Of a DNA stretch of 64,000 nucleotides, positions 25,401-36,191 are shown in pieces; within the stretch, counting starts at the first letter, position 1, and each line of letters opens with the position of its first letter. The position numbers were made by a program, and so were the translations under genes. Source of the DNA: Mayamaea pseudoterrestris (Eukaryota); NCBI GenBank assembly GCA_027923505.1, contig BROI01000020.1, positions 62,001 through 126,000 of the forward strand, given 5' to 3'. The notes below the pieces were generated by a model. It worked only from the letters and a program-made list of their open reading frames with translations, was not told where the DNA came from and searched no databases.

Positions 25401-26880
25401 GACGTTGACTGCAAAATCGTCAATGGTGTTAGGTCTTGCCACAATCGGTTACAATGGCTTGCCCTCCATTCTGCGAGTGTGCGATGTTGTTGATCAGATG
25501 TCAGAAGGAACAAAGCTGCAATGGAGCATGAATGGATTCAGCACCATTGTACAACACATACTGGTTGAACTGATCAATGATAGGTCCAGCCCGAGTCTTG
25601 ATCAATGCAACGCCAGTTCCAACTTTCAGGTTGCCAACCGTGTGATTGATCATACCCGTCACATTGAACGTGTGAGTGGTAGTACTCAAGATTCTCATAG
25701 ACACTTGGAGAGCTCTCTAATAAAGACCAATCCAACCACATAATCCCAGCGTTTGCCATTATTGTGAAGCTGGTGCTCAGTGTTGAGGAAGTGGGCACCA
25801 AAATGGTGAACATTTTGGAAGCTGATGTTGGTCAATTTGTAAGCACGGAACTCCACTTTCATCTTGTCCACAGCTTTGTAGGATAGATCAGCGTTGGCTT
25901 GAGCGATACGCATGCAGATGATAGCGAAGGTGTCATCTTCCACTTGGCAAGGCCCGACAATCTGTTGGATTGCCGCACTCAAGTGATTCACTGTCAACAC
26001 AAACTTGATTGCCATCAAGCTGTTCTCATGATCCATTGGATGCCAATTGGCAACGTTCTTCTTGCTTTGAGCAATAACGTGAGTAATTGTGAGCACATCA
26101 AAGTTAGTGCAAACGCTGACGCGTGATTGGTTGTCTCTCAAGAGCGAGTACGTGACGGAATAGCCAACAGTTGTTTCAAGCGCATGAAGGGATGAGCTCG
26201 CCCCAGGCAAACATTGGCATGGCCTTTTCTAACTTGCCAATGGAAGGCTTGAAGGCAATGCGAATGGCGTAGTCTTGAGCGGCTCGCTTCATGGTAAGGA
26301 CATGGTGACAAGCTGGCATCTTGGGGTGTGCTTTGGCAAGTGGGTCATGAGGACTTGCGGGAGCATGTAATCAAGATTTGGCTCGTCTCCACAGAAGGCA
26401 ATCATGTGCTCGAAGTCAAGGTATCCACCAATGAGGGAAATATTTTTGTTGGCCGTTGGAATAGAGGTTACATCCTTGGGAGGAGAGGAATCTCCAGGTG
26501 CCAATGAGGCAGTCAGTTGGACGGCTTGGAGGAGGATCCTAAGCTGGTCGGAAGGAATTGACTTGAGGGCTGAAATGAGCGTAGCAATGTCAGCTGCAGC
26601 AGACGTTGGAGAGCTAGCTCGGGACTGCGTAGGATCAAAGAACGTATCTTTGGTGTTGTTGTTGTTAACGTTGTCAGTAGACATGATGCTTCTTGAGTTC
26701 TAGAACAAGATTTTGTAGCAGCAGTAGGGCGTGTGAGTGGGACAAATAACCTATCACTGCAACTTGTGTTGAGTTACCTTGAGTACTTGGTCAAGTAGAA
26801 GATGATCAGTCTGCTAGCACGGTAAGAAGAGGGGGATTGAGACGATTGCAAGTACTTTGCAATAGAATGATTGATTAATT
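25401..26880 (-). mobile_element. Copia family E remnant: gag N-terminus plus protease C-half, internally deleted
   Basis: ORFs 26289-26684 and 25695-26210 are gag-like; 25501-25704 NVTGMINHTVGNLKVGTG..NQY..SIHAPLQL matches the family A protease region. Confidence 0.75.
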
Positions 26881-27358
26881 GTTACCGCTACTTTAAGGGG
26901 ACCGGTGCCGACGTGTTTATAACGTCCCCTTGCTTGGGTAGCGTTGAGTAAATTGAGTATTCACAGATACTGGATATCACTAGATATCCAGCCATGAGGA
27001 TTAACCGAATAAACGGACACTGGCAATGCCTGAACCTTAATTGTTTTTTCGACTCGTACTTAAGTATCTTTTGAAATGTCATTGAAAACAACCGTGTAAC
27101 GGCACCGACAGTTCGGTGTCGCTAAAATTCCAAACCATCCCTGATTTGGCGACAAAAGCATCTTGCTCTGGTATGCATGCTACCGAAGAAAGTAAAAACT
27201 CACCATATTTTGTGCGAGCTGTAGAGTGTGTATTTCAAGTAGATCTCCAAAATGAGTGGTGCGGTATGTTGTTTTCGCTGGCTATTGCATAACATAGCTC
27301 TCAACACCTCACGTTGATCGTTGGTCATTGACGTTTACGACACTTCACAGACAACAGA

Positions 27359-28984
27359 ATGAGCAACAAGAAGCATGACATTTCTGGTTATCCGAAGAGG
27401 CAGGACATTACGACCGATCCACTGCTTGGGGACAAGAAGGCGGATGATTTAACCGTATCTGATACTTTACAGTCTTTTGTTGAGACACTGCTTTTACACC
27501 TCACGACCAGGAACGCAATTGCTTTGCTTGGTTGCATTTGCAGTGGAGTGGATCAAGATATGATGGATGTTGAACATCTGCTCAATAAGGACAAAGATCA
27601 TGGGAGAGAGGTACTACGCATTTCATTTCGAGAGAAGACGGCAAAAATGACATCCATCGACTACTCAAAAGTGCTCACCACTCTGGTTATTGCTGCGATA
27701 CATGAACGGCAGGATCAATACGACGAAAGGTGGCAACATTTTATAAACCATTTGAAGGGCAACAATATCAAACACTTGGGAATGAAGATATTTCTAATAG
27801 TCGAAACTCAGTCATGTGATTTTCAATCTGACGCTCCCCATTTAGGCGACAAGTTCACTAACAATGAAAACATCAAACTTATCATTACGGGTAATGTCTC
27901 CGCAATTTTGCATTGGCCTCTTGAAAAAATGCGCATCTTTAATTGCCCGCAAGTGGCGAACTGGTTGGAAGCAATTCGTGTTTCTCCACAAGTGCATAGC
28001 TATCGAGAGGCTTTATACTTTGACTGCTTACCCGGCCTGCTGTCCCGATCGCATAAGATCTGCCGAGCGGAAGAAGTGCATCGAATTATCAGCAATTACA
28101 TAGAAGACATTAACTCGGATAGCGACGATACGACAAAATACCAAAACTTGAAGCAAATATTGAAATCCCTGTACACAGGATTGTTCACAGACATCCCACA
28201 AGGTCTGCGCGCTCTCATAAGCTGTCGCTTCACCGATGATGGTAATGCTTGCTTTCATTGGGCCCTTGCATATCTGGAAATGGTGGTGGAAAGGTTCGCA
28301 ATTTCACGCCATCATTCAGCGTTCAAGCTCCCGGCAAACATCGCACATCTTTGTCGAGTGTTCGCTAGCTCAAAAACGTCAGCTGGCGATTGCTTCGAGG
28401 CCTTGGTAGTATTGTTTCTCTACGCCAACTTTGAGAATGACTCCTGGGGACCATTTGCACACGTTTTGGAAACTATTGGAGCAAACAGAAGTTCAATTAG
28501 ACTTTTGTACGATCCATATGATCCTGAGACATTCAAGGAGCAAGAACCAACGATGCCGTACAACGCTCTGAAGAGTTGGTCAGATATATTTGATCGCGTT
28601 GATTGGGGAGCTGACCGAAATGAAGATCTCGTGGCATTCTTCTATCCTCAGCATGCACAAATATCGGGCATAGATGTCGGGCTTGCCATTCGAGTTACGG
28701 ATGAGACAGGAACCAACAAAACGACAAAAGTTGGCTTGCAGATAAAAAACTACCATGTTACTGCTAAAGCCGCGAGTGAGTTGACAAAAGAGGGCACATG
28801 TGATTATCACTTCTTGATCATGGGCGACGGTGAAAGGCCGGGTGCCGATGTGCCAAGCGAGGCCACAGGCGATAGCTGGAAGCTGGTTTATCCTTCAGAC
28901 ATGGACGAAATGTTCGGTGAACTGGACGTCGTCTTGTACCAAGTCAATGGCAGGATACCGAACAGAAAGCTCAAGAAGCTATAG
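27359..28984 (+). CDS. Intronless protein with a degenerate P-loop NTPase-like N-half and a PD-(D/E)xK-like nuclease C-terminus (Crinkler-associated NTPase+REase type)
   Basis: 541-aa open ORF; motifs GDCFEALV, YPQHAQISGIDV..GLQIK (D..QxK); no intact GKT/S Walker A. Confidence 0.55.
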   Translation: MSNKKHDISGYPKRQDITTDPLLGDKKADDLTVSDTLQSFVETLLLHLTTRNAIALLGCICSGVDQDMMDVEHLLNKDKDHGREVLRISFREKTAKMTSIDYSKVLTTLVIAAIHERQDQYDERWQHFINHLKGNNIKHLGMKIFLIVETQSCDFQSDAPHLGDKFTNNENIKLIITGNVSAILHWPLEKMRIFNCPQVANWLEAIRVSPQVHSYREALYFDCLPGLLSRSHKICRAEEVHRIISNYIEDINSDSDDTTKYQNLKQILKSLYTGLFTDIPQGLRALISCRFTDDGNACFHWALAYLEMVVERFAISRHHSAFKLPANIAHLCRVFASSKTSAGDCFEALVVLFLYANFENDSWGPFAHVLETIGANRSSIRLLYDPYDPETFKEQEPTMPYNALKSWSDIFDRVDWGADRNEDLVAFFYPQHAQISGIDVGLAIRVTDETGTNKTTKVGLQIKNYHVTAKAASELTKEGTCDYHFLIMGDGERPGADVPSEATGDSWKLVYPSDMDEMFGELDVVLYQVNGRIPNRKLKKL

Positions 28985-29140
28985 TGGCCACATCCGAATC
29001 AGATCAACATTAACAGGATATTGGTGGAGTTTATCCGAGCTAGCAACTGGGCGCATAAATTACAAATATAGTGGTCATAATTGGACCAACGGTAGCTTTT
29101 TTCATTACACCACCAGTGCTAAGCAGTCCAAGTCGTGTCC

Positions 29141-29923
29141 TTACTTTCGCTTCTTTGGATCTCTCTTGCCAGTCACAAAGAGTGAGCGAACAAATACCGC
29201 AACAATGATGATAAGCGAGAATGCTCCGACAAGTAGCTTCCTGTCGAACGATTGCCATGTCACCGGCAGCCGCTCCGACATGTTTGACGGCTCGTCAGCT
29301 CCGCCTTGCACTTCCGCCGCATCATGACCCGGTTTGATACGCTCCGTTTGACACTCTTGAAAACTATCCAGCAACGGAAAGTGCTCGTCAATGTACGCGC
29401 GACCCGTGTGAATCTTGCCCTGGGCCGGTCCGTGTCCAAACGGTGGACCGTCACCGTATTCGTGATAAAACTTTTCAATGTGCTCAATGCCTTGCACCAC
29501 TCTTCCGACCGGCGTCTCCCAAAGCTCCGTTCCAAAATTTTCGTTCTCGCTGGTCAACGAGAAAAATAGTTGCGAGGTGCGCGAGTGAGGTCCCGAACCA
29601 GCGTAGCTAATTGTACCAACGTCAAAGGCGATCGGCGGGTCGAGCTGAGGGTCGTCGGGAATCGTTTGCGCGTTGCCAAGCTCCACGAGCTCCTCGTCGT
29701 TGCTGTAAGTTATTCCAAACTGCACCAAGAAATTGGGGACGGCTCGAAAAAAGTGCGAGTGATCAAAGAAGCCTCGCTCGAACAAATGCACTGCCCGATC
29801 GTAGCCATGAGGCGACCACTGGCGGTGAAATTCCAGCGTGATGGGACCTTTTGTCGTGCCGCACTTGACGATTGCGCGTTCGTCTTCCTCATCTCCTTCT
29901 TTGCTGTCTTCGCTGCTGCTCAT
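29141..29923 (-). CDS. Cyclophilin-type peptidyl-prolyl isomerase with a C-terminal TM helix
   Basis: TTKGPITLE, FFRAVPNFLVQFG, GPHSRTSQLF, PVGRVVQG; hydrophobic C-terminal helix then KKRK. The start at ATG 29923 is assumed. Confidence 0.88.
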   Translation of the reverse strand: MSSSEDSKEGDEEDERAIVKCGTTKGPITLEFHRQWSPHGYDRAVHLFERGFFDHSHFFRAVPNFLVQFGITYSNDEELVELGNAQTIPDDPQLDPPIAFDVGTISYAGSGPHSRTSQLFFSLTSENENFGTELWETPVGRVVQGIEHIEKFYHEYGDGPPFGHGPAQGKIHTGRAYIDEHFPLLDSFQECQTERIKPGHDAAEVQGGADEPSNMSERLPVTWQSFDRKLLVGAFSLIIIVAVFVRSLFVTGKRDPKKRK

Positions 29924-30311
29924 GGTGATGGTAGTAGCTCTCTCTCTTGATTTATAAAGTGGTTTCCATCTGATTGGAACCGTGAACCGTTGGTTGTGTC
30001 GCGCTGCAGATCGGATCTTCGTCACTCAACTGTCGCAGCGCAATTGGAAGAAAACCAGTGTGACTTTTACGACAGCTACCTTTGCTACACTCAACGGGAG
30101 GAACCACCGGTAGTGCCGCTTCGAGCTTCTTCCTAACAGCTAAACTCTATTCTCCAACACAAGAAATTGACGCACAGACATACAATCAGTATATTAAGCA
30201 GGCTAGCCTAAGCTGAAACGTAATGTGTTTCCCGGAGGTGGCATTGCCACCATCGGAACTGTTGCCCACCAACGTTCTGTAATTACCATCGCGTCGGCTG
30301 AATCGTCAACG

Positions 30312-33300
30312 TCAATCATCTTGGTCGTCTTCACTAGTTTCGTCGTCGTCGTCGTCATCGTCATCATCAACCAGACCTAATACTTCGCCGAAGCTCGTAA
30401 ACAGAGTACCAATGGGCACAGCATATAAACCAATACCTGCCACGCAGAGGAACATGCAAATCAATCGGCCTGGCCACGTAAAATCTACAAGGCCCCATTC
30501 TCCACCCAAGAATACCGCAGTGTAATAGAGTGAGTTAGGCATGCTCGTAAAAGCAGCTTGCTGGCACAATCCTGGATAAAACTCGTTACATTCCAAAGTA
30601 GACGAAAAATCGTAGCATCCGGGCTTCTTGTGGCTGCCGTACAAGGGAATCGAAGAGTCACATTCGCGCCAGTTCGGGTTATCTGCTTCAGCGATGAAGA
30701 ATAATGCGCCGCATCCAATCCATATGATGACGGCAAGCAGCGTTGTTGCCTTGAGAACGTCTTTGGAAGCTCTAAAAACATTATCAAGCTTGCTGAATGC
30801 TGTGAGAAAATCCTCCAGCTGTAATATTCGAAACACTCTGAAAATTCGAAAGATCCGGGCCCCGTCGCCATCTGCATCAAGCCAGCCAGTAACCGTAAGA
30901 GCCTGCTGGACGAACCAGGGCGCCGTCGAGAGAAAATCAACAATGCCAAAAAAGGTTGTTGCATAAACAAACGAGCTGTACAGAGCTTCACGATTCTTGG
31001 GTGCACAAAATAATCGCAATGCGTACTCTGTGGCAAAGACCATGACCGAGAAGAATTCGAAGCGATCAAATAGGTTACCCTTCTCGTTACCAACTGCTTC
31101 GTCAATTGCCGGAACACTTTCCAATAAAACTGCCAGGACATTCAATATAATGACTGAAAATATGAAGACGCGAGCAAAATAACCAGCAGTAGTCCACACA
31201 TGATGCCCATTTGGCATACGCGTTCCATTTAAAAAACGGTTTACCGTAAACTGCCACTGATCGACCCATTCGCCCCACTTTGACGCAGGCGGATTCACTC
31301 CCTCCAACGCCCGATATCGGTCTTCGTACCAATCGTCGCCAGCTCTTTGCTCTCCTGAACTGACCTGGCCGTCATGTTGCCCTTCGTGCTTGCTACGGAC
31401 GACTTCGACAAAGCCGCTCGCTATTAGACCGCTGGGAACTGAAACGACTCCTACCGCGGCAATGACCATGAAGAAGCAAACTAATCGCGCTGCCCATGAA
31501 TAGGTAATGATTGGGTAGTCTCCGGACAAATGAATTGCTAGTTTGTTGTGAAAAGATAAATGAGATAAACTGGCAAGAAGCGAATTGCACAATGCCTGCG
31601 TTAGCTTACCTGTGTAAACCATACTGTCAAAGTAATTTCTGAATCTATCGGTCATCGAGCAGTCAACTCCACAGCTGTATAACGGAACGGGGTCGATTTC
31701 ATTCGACGTATCATCGTGTTCACATAGAAACAACGCCGCGGAAAAGAGGATCCACAGAGTGACGGCAGCGTAGAATGCTACTTTTAAACTGTTGTACTTT
31801 AAGCGGACAACGTCGTCGATCAGCGAGATCGACGGAATATATTTGTCAAGTTTTAGAAGCCGCAAGATTCGAAGCATCCGTAAATATTCATCGTAATCGT
31901 TGACGAAGGATGCAGGAAGCGCATAAGAAATATAGAAGGGAACAATAGCCAAAAGGTCGATCACCGAGTAGAAGCTAATGATAAAGCGAAGGCGGGTCTT
32001 TAAAAAGCTTTCGCATGCAAAATCAGGGTCAGCGCCAGCGCCGATCAGTCGTAAAACGTATTCTGCCGTAAACACCGCTACAGAGATCCACTCGACTTGA
32101 TGAAACATGTTCTCGTATCCTTCGACTGTTTGCAAGGCGCCAACGGCAACTGTGGCAAAGATAAGGACATAGATGGTGATTTCAAAATATCTTGCTATCC
32201 GCGATCCGTTCCCATTCACAAAGTCAAAGGTAGCGCGTTCGATTCGGTGACCTGCCGGGGCGGCGCTCTCCTCAGACATGGGTGGGGGCAAATTTTCCGT
32301 ATTATCGTCGTTTTCCTCGGCGACGACATCTTGAAATCCAGCGCCAAGGACACCAATCGGTATGCCGAATATCCTTTATACGTTGAAGACGGAGTGAGTG
32401 GATAGCGCCAAGGTAAACGCTACAATGATTCGATCGAAAACTTACGCGGTCGCAAATAAACCGACGATTCCAGTGAGCACTTTTCCAGCCGCTGAGTACT
32501 GTGCCAGTGGAGATTCACCCGATAGATTCAAAAGTGTTACCCACATTGAATTCGGAATTGTGTTGTAAAACGAAGCCATCTCTTCATCTGGAGAATCACG
32601 TTCAGTGAAGTATAAGCAACTTGCAAAGAATATCCAAAACAGAATCGCAGTGAATGCCGTCACTGCCAGTATATCAACGTTGCGCTGGATAACGTCATCA
32701 AAGCTCAGAAACGCATGAGTGTAGCGCTCAAAACGCAGTATCCGTAGCAAGCGAAGACTCTTGACGAGATAGCCCCACTCGGAACCCTCTCCACTTAACG
32801 ACGGGAATATTCGACCCGTTAGCAGCACCTCAAACCAATATGGTGCAAAGCTGAGCAAATCCATGACAGCCAAAAAGCTTGTCGCATACAGAAACCTGCC
32901 TCCGGCTGGTGCTTCAATATACTTTGGGTCCTCGGCGACAGACCACACTCGCAGCGTGTACTCCGCTGTAAATATTGATACCGACAATAGCTCAATGATA
33001 TCCAAGACAAGACGCGCTCGCCACGGCAAGCTCCTCAAAGTATCCAGCATGAAGGAAATGGACGTGGTCACGACCAAAATGTTAACGCCATGATCCAACA
33101 GCAACGCTCCCCAGCCAGTCTGCGCGTGCAACACATTGTAGACGCGCCCCCGCAGCGTTTCGTTCGTTGCCTGGAAACCACACGTCGTGCGACCTTCCTC
33201 AACAATAGGTTGTTCAGCAGCGTCTTGGTCCTTGTGTCTTCTGGAAATCACAGTCTCAAAGCCGTTGCCGATAATGCCCGCAGGCAGCGCAAAAATAGCC

Positions 33301-34298
33301 ACGGCCACGGCGGCCGTCAACGTTCCAACTATTTTCCCATATGTCGAGTGCTGATTGATCAATGGGTATTCTCCAAAGAGATTCAACAAGGAGTAGTATG
33401 ACGCCATGGGGATGGACTCGTAAAGGTTGTAGCAGGGACGTTCATCATGTTCCGTCCCAGGACAGCCGGCCAAGGAGCAATTCACGTAGCCCCAACTGTC
33501 AATCTCGCACTCCGCATGATCCACGTCATCTCCACACGTCGGACAGTATATCATGTCGGGATTGCGTCGCTCGGCGAGGTAGTAGAGCGAGCTGACTGCC
33601 ATCCACGTGGTGATTCCCACAAAGAGGGCCGTGAAGAGTATGCTCTTTTGCGCGGCGTAAACATCGTCCATCATGGTCAAGGCTGTATCGTAGCGTCCTT
33701 CGACTCGCATCATGCGGAGCAGACGAAACATTCGCAGGAAGGATGACGCAGCAATATTGGAATTGCGGAGTAGAAAGGAGTCAATGTAGAAGGGTAGCGT
33801 CGAAACCAAGTCAATGACGGAGAAAAAGGTTGGAACGTAGCGAATGCGACCCCAGAATCCCTTATACAGTTCGGACTCTAGGTCGGCCGTATATAGTCGA
33901 AGCATGTACTCGACCGAAAATATGGCAACCGTCAGAATCTCCAATACTGACGTACTTCCAATGTTTAAAAATTCTAGTAGATTGTCTTGGTAGTTGCCAA
34001 ACCAAAGAGAGTCGCAAAGTGTTCCACAAAGACCGTGCTTTCGCGAGGCCCAATCGGCCTTGTTGTACTTTTGAACAAACAGACTGCCGAGTATAAAGGC
34101 CATGACATTGACAAAGATGAGAATCATGATGAAGCGTTCGTAGCATCGTCCAGCCGGCGTTTCGGCTTCGAGAAAGAGGTGAAGTCTTTGGCGACGATCA
34201 TGGAGCCATCGAGACGACGAATCGGATGCGGCAAGAGTGAGTGGTGCAGCCTCGATGCGAGGGACAGCAATCAAGGGAGTCGTCTCCGATGCCACCAT
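30312..34298 (-). CDS. Four-repeat (4x6TM) voltage-gated cation channel, ~1280 aa; exons 34298-32446, 32373-31610, 31537-30312
   Basis: Two 72-bp GT-AG introns (32374-32445, 31538-31609) join the 618-aa and 659-aa ORFs in frame (3843 nt). There are four RxxRxxR S4 helices and four pore-helix/S6 units. Confidence 0.9.
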
Positions 34299-34564
34299 TT
34301 TAGCAAGCGAAGCGCTCTATTGACATGCAATGCCAACCTTCAGACAGAAGATGTTAGACAAGGATATGGCATCAAAATCGGCTCGACTCGTTTCGTTGAA
34401 GCTGCTGAATGAGTACCGGAGCGAGGCTCAAACGTACCGAAACGACAGCAGTACCGCAACGACACCCATTGTTGCAATCACCATCACCATGATGATGGAC
34501 GGCCACAAACCGACGCCGCGATCCAAAAGTTCCAGCAAACAACAAGGCGTTTCTTACTGCTAAA

Positions 34565-36076
34565 ATGACGGTTCCATCGATAGTCAGTAGATTGGTTGCA
34601 CTATTCAGTCTTGCTACTACTATAAATGCTTCCATTATCAGTACCAGCGACGCTCGCCTGCCAATGAGCCTTTCGACCATCATTTCCGACTTGGAGGCGG
34701 AAGGATGCTCAGAAGTTTCCACCTTTTGCTTGATCACAAGCCACGGCGTGACCAAGGAACGACAAGAGAGATTGCTGGATGCTTTGGTTGGATCCAGTAT
34801 CAAGGAGCACGAGTCAGCGGGTGCAGCCGTCGTGAAAGCGGCTGGAACGTCGAGTGGGCTCGCCTTGGGACAGCCGGATGAGGGTGAGGTGGCGCTCACG
34901 GCGTGTGCCTGCGGCGGCAAGATTGTCTACTACGCCGATCCCATTGACCTTGCGCGTGGGGAGGGACTCTTTGATACATTGGCGCCGGCCATGGAGAAGC
35001 TCTTGGGGACCTCGTTGGAACAGTCGAAACTGATTGTGATTGTGAATGATGAGAGTCAGGTGGAGACTGTTAGGAGTCGATTGGAAAAGGCGGCGGAACC
35101 AATTATAAAGACCCTCATATCTGAACGACCGGTATCTAGCTTGCAGGAAGTGTTTGGGCAAGTCGTCTACGTCTCTCAGGAAAATGCGTCAGCCATGCTT
35201 TCGTCGGAACCTTCCACCAATCCGGCAGATGCCATGTCCAAGATTTCCGAGCTTGTCTCACTCGAAACAATGCTAGTTTCGTCGTCCGTCTCGTCATCAG
35301 TGCTTGGATCTGAAAATCTGGCGGCCGCCCGCATTCTTGGTCCAACGGCTCGCATCGTTCTGCAAAAAGCAATGGCGCAAGTGTCGCAAGCATGTCAAAA
35401 TGAGGACGGCTCGGTCAAGCTTGTATCTGCCTTTGGCGAGCTTTGCAATGCCGTTATACAAATGGCGCTGCGCGAGCTGGAGAACGAAGTCAAGGATTGT
35501 CCGTCCTTGCTGCAGTCCAAGGTTGGAAAACAAATTCACTCCAACCTTGAAGCGGAACTCTTTGCCGAATTGGGCGACTTGTTTGACACTCAGCTGGAGC
35601 TACTGCAAGCTGCTAGCACGGATGAATTCAAAAAGGCAGTTAGCAAGCTTTTAGTGTCGCCAAATCTTGGCAAGGACATGGATGCACTTGTTGAAAAGAC
35701 TGTTTCAAATTTTGCCAAGGCTGCTGGCAAGCTGCTACCAAAGGGATCGCATCAGTGGAGCATTCAACCAGCCAAGCAAACTCTCAAATCGCAGCTCAAG
35801 GAGTTTTGCACGAATCGATTAATCATGGCCCGCGCCGCTGGCCAGTACAAGCCGCTGCCCCGCAAGGGCGTCACTGTGGGCTTGCATTGGTTGCTTCCAA
35901 AGCCGTTTGGCAATGACTATCGACAGGAGCCATGGATGGTGCATGCGACGGACGGCATGGTTTACATTCCGCGCGACAAGATTACGGAAGTTTCGCCCGT
36001 GGAAGCTGGAAGTGGTAGCTGGTTGAACAAATTGGTTCCTGCGCCTGCGGCGAATGAAATGGTGTACATGCAATAG
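34565..36076 (+). CDS. Uncharacterised protein with signal peptide
   Basis: 503-aa ORF with a hydrophobic N-terminus, helical body and aromatic C-terminal motif GLHWLLPKPFGNDY. Confidence 0.8.
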   Translation: MTVPSIVSRLVALFSLATTINASIISTSDARLPMSLSTIISDLEAEGCSEVSTFCLITSHGVTKERQERLLDALVGSSIKEHESAGAAVVKAAGTSSGLALGQPDEGEVALTACACGGKIVYYADPIDLARGEGLFDTLAPAMEKLLGTSLEQSKLIVIVNDESQVETVRSRLEKAAEPIIKTLISERPVSSLQEVFGQVVYVSQENASAMLSSEPSTNPADAMSKISELVSLETMLVSSSVSSSVLGSENLAAARILGPTARIVLQKAMAQVSQACQNEDGSVKLVSAFGELCNAVIQMALRELENEVKDCPSLLQSKVGKQIHSNLEAELFAELGDLFDTQLELLQAASTDEFKKAVSKLLVSPNLGKDMDALVEKTVSNFAKAAGKLLPKGSHQWSIQPAKQTLKSQLKEFCTNRLIMARAAGQYKPLPRKGVTVGLHWLLPKPFGNDYRQEPWMVHATDGMVYIPRDKITEVSPVEAGSGSWLNKLVPAPAANEMVYMQ

Positions 36077-36191
36077 TAGGACAATGATTCTCTGGGTTAA
36101 GCTGGATTGGCTATAATAAAATTGTTTTATAAACGCCTTGGCTATTATATAGTGCTCGTGAAAGAATTTTGTTGCATCTACATTAATGCTG

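Noticed and set aside
26738..26754. Possible half-tRNA PBS (AGGTTATTTGTCCC on the minus strand) for family E
   Set aside because: Too degenerate, and no second LTR is available to define the boundary.
26903..27107. 8-bp inverted repeat plus an internal hairpin (26970-26991) suggesting a MITE
   Set aside because: Arms are too short; no TSD and no second copy.
30237..30251. GGTGGCATTGCCACC palindrome downstream of the channel gene
   Set aside because: A single short palindrome with no evidence of function.
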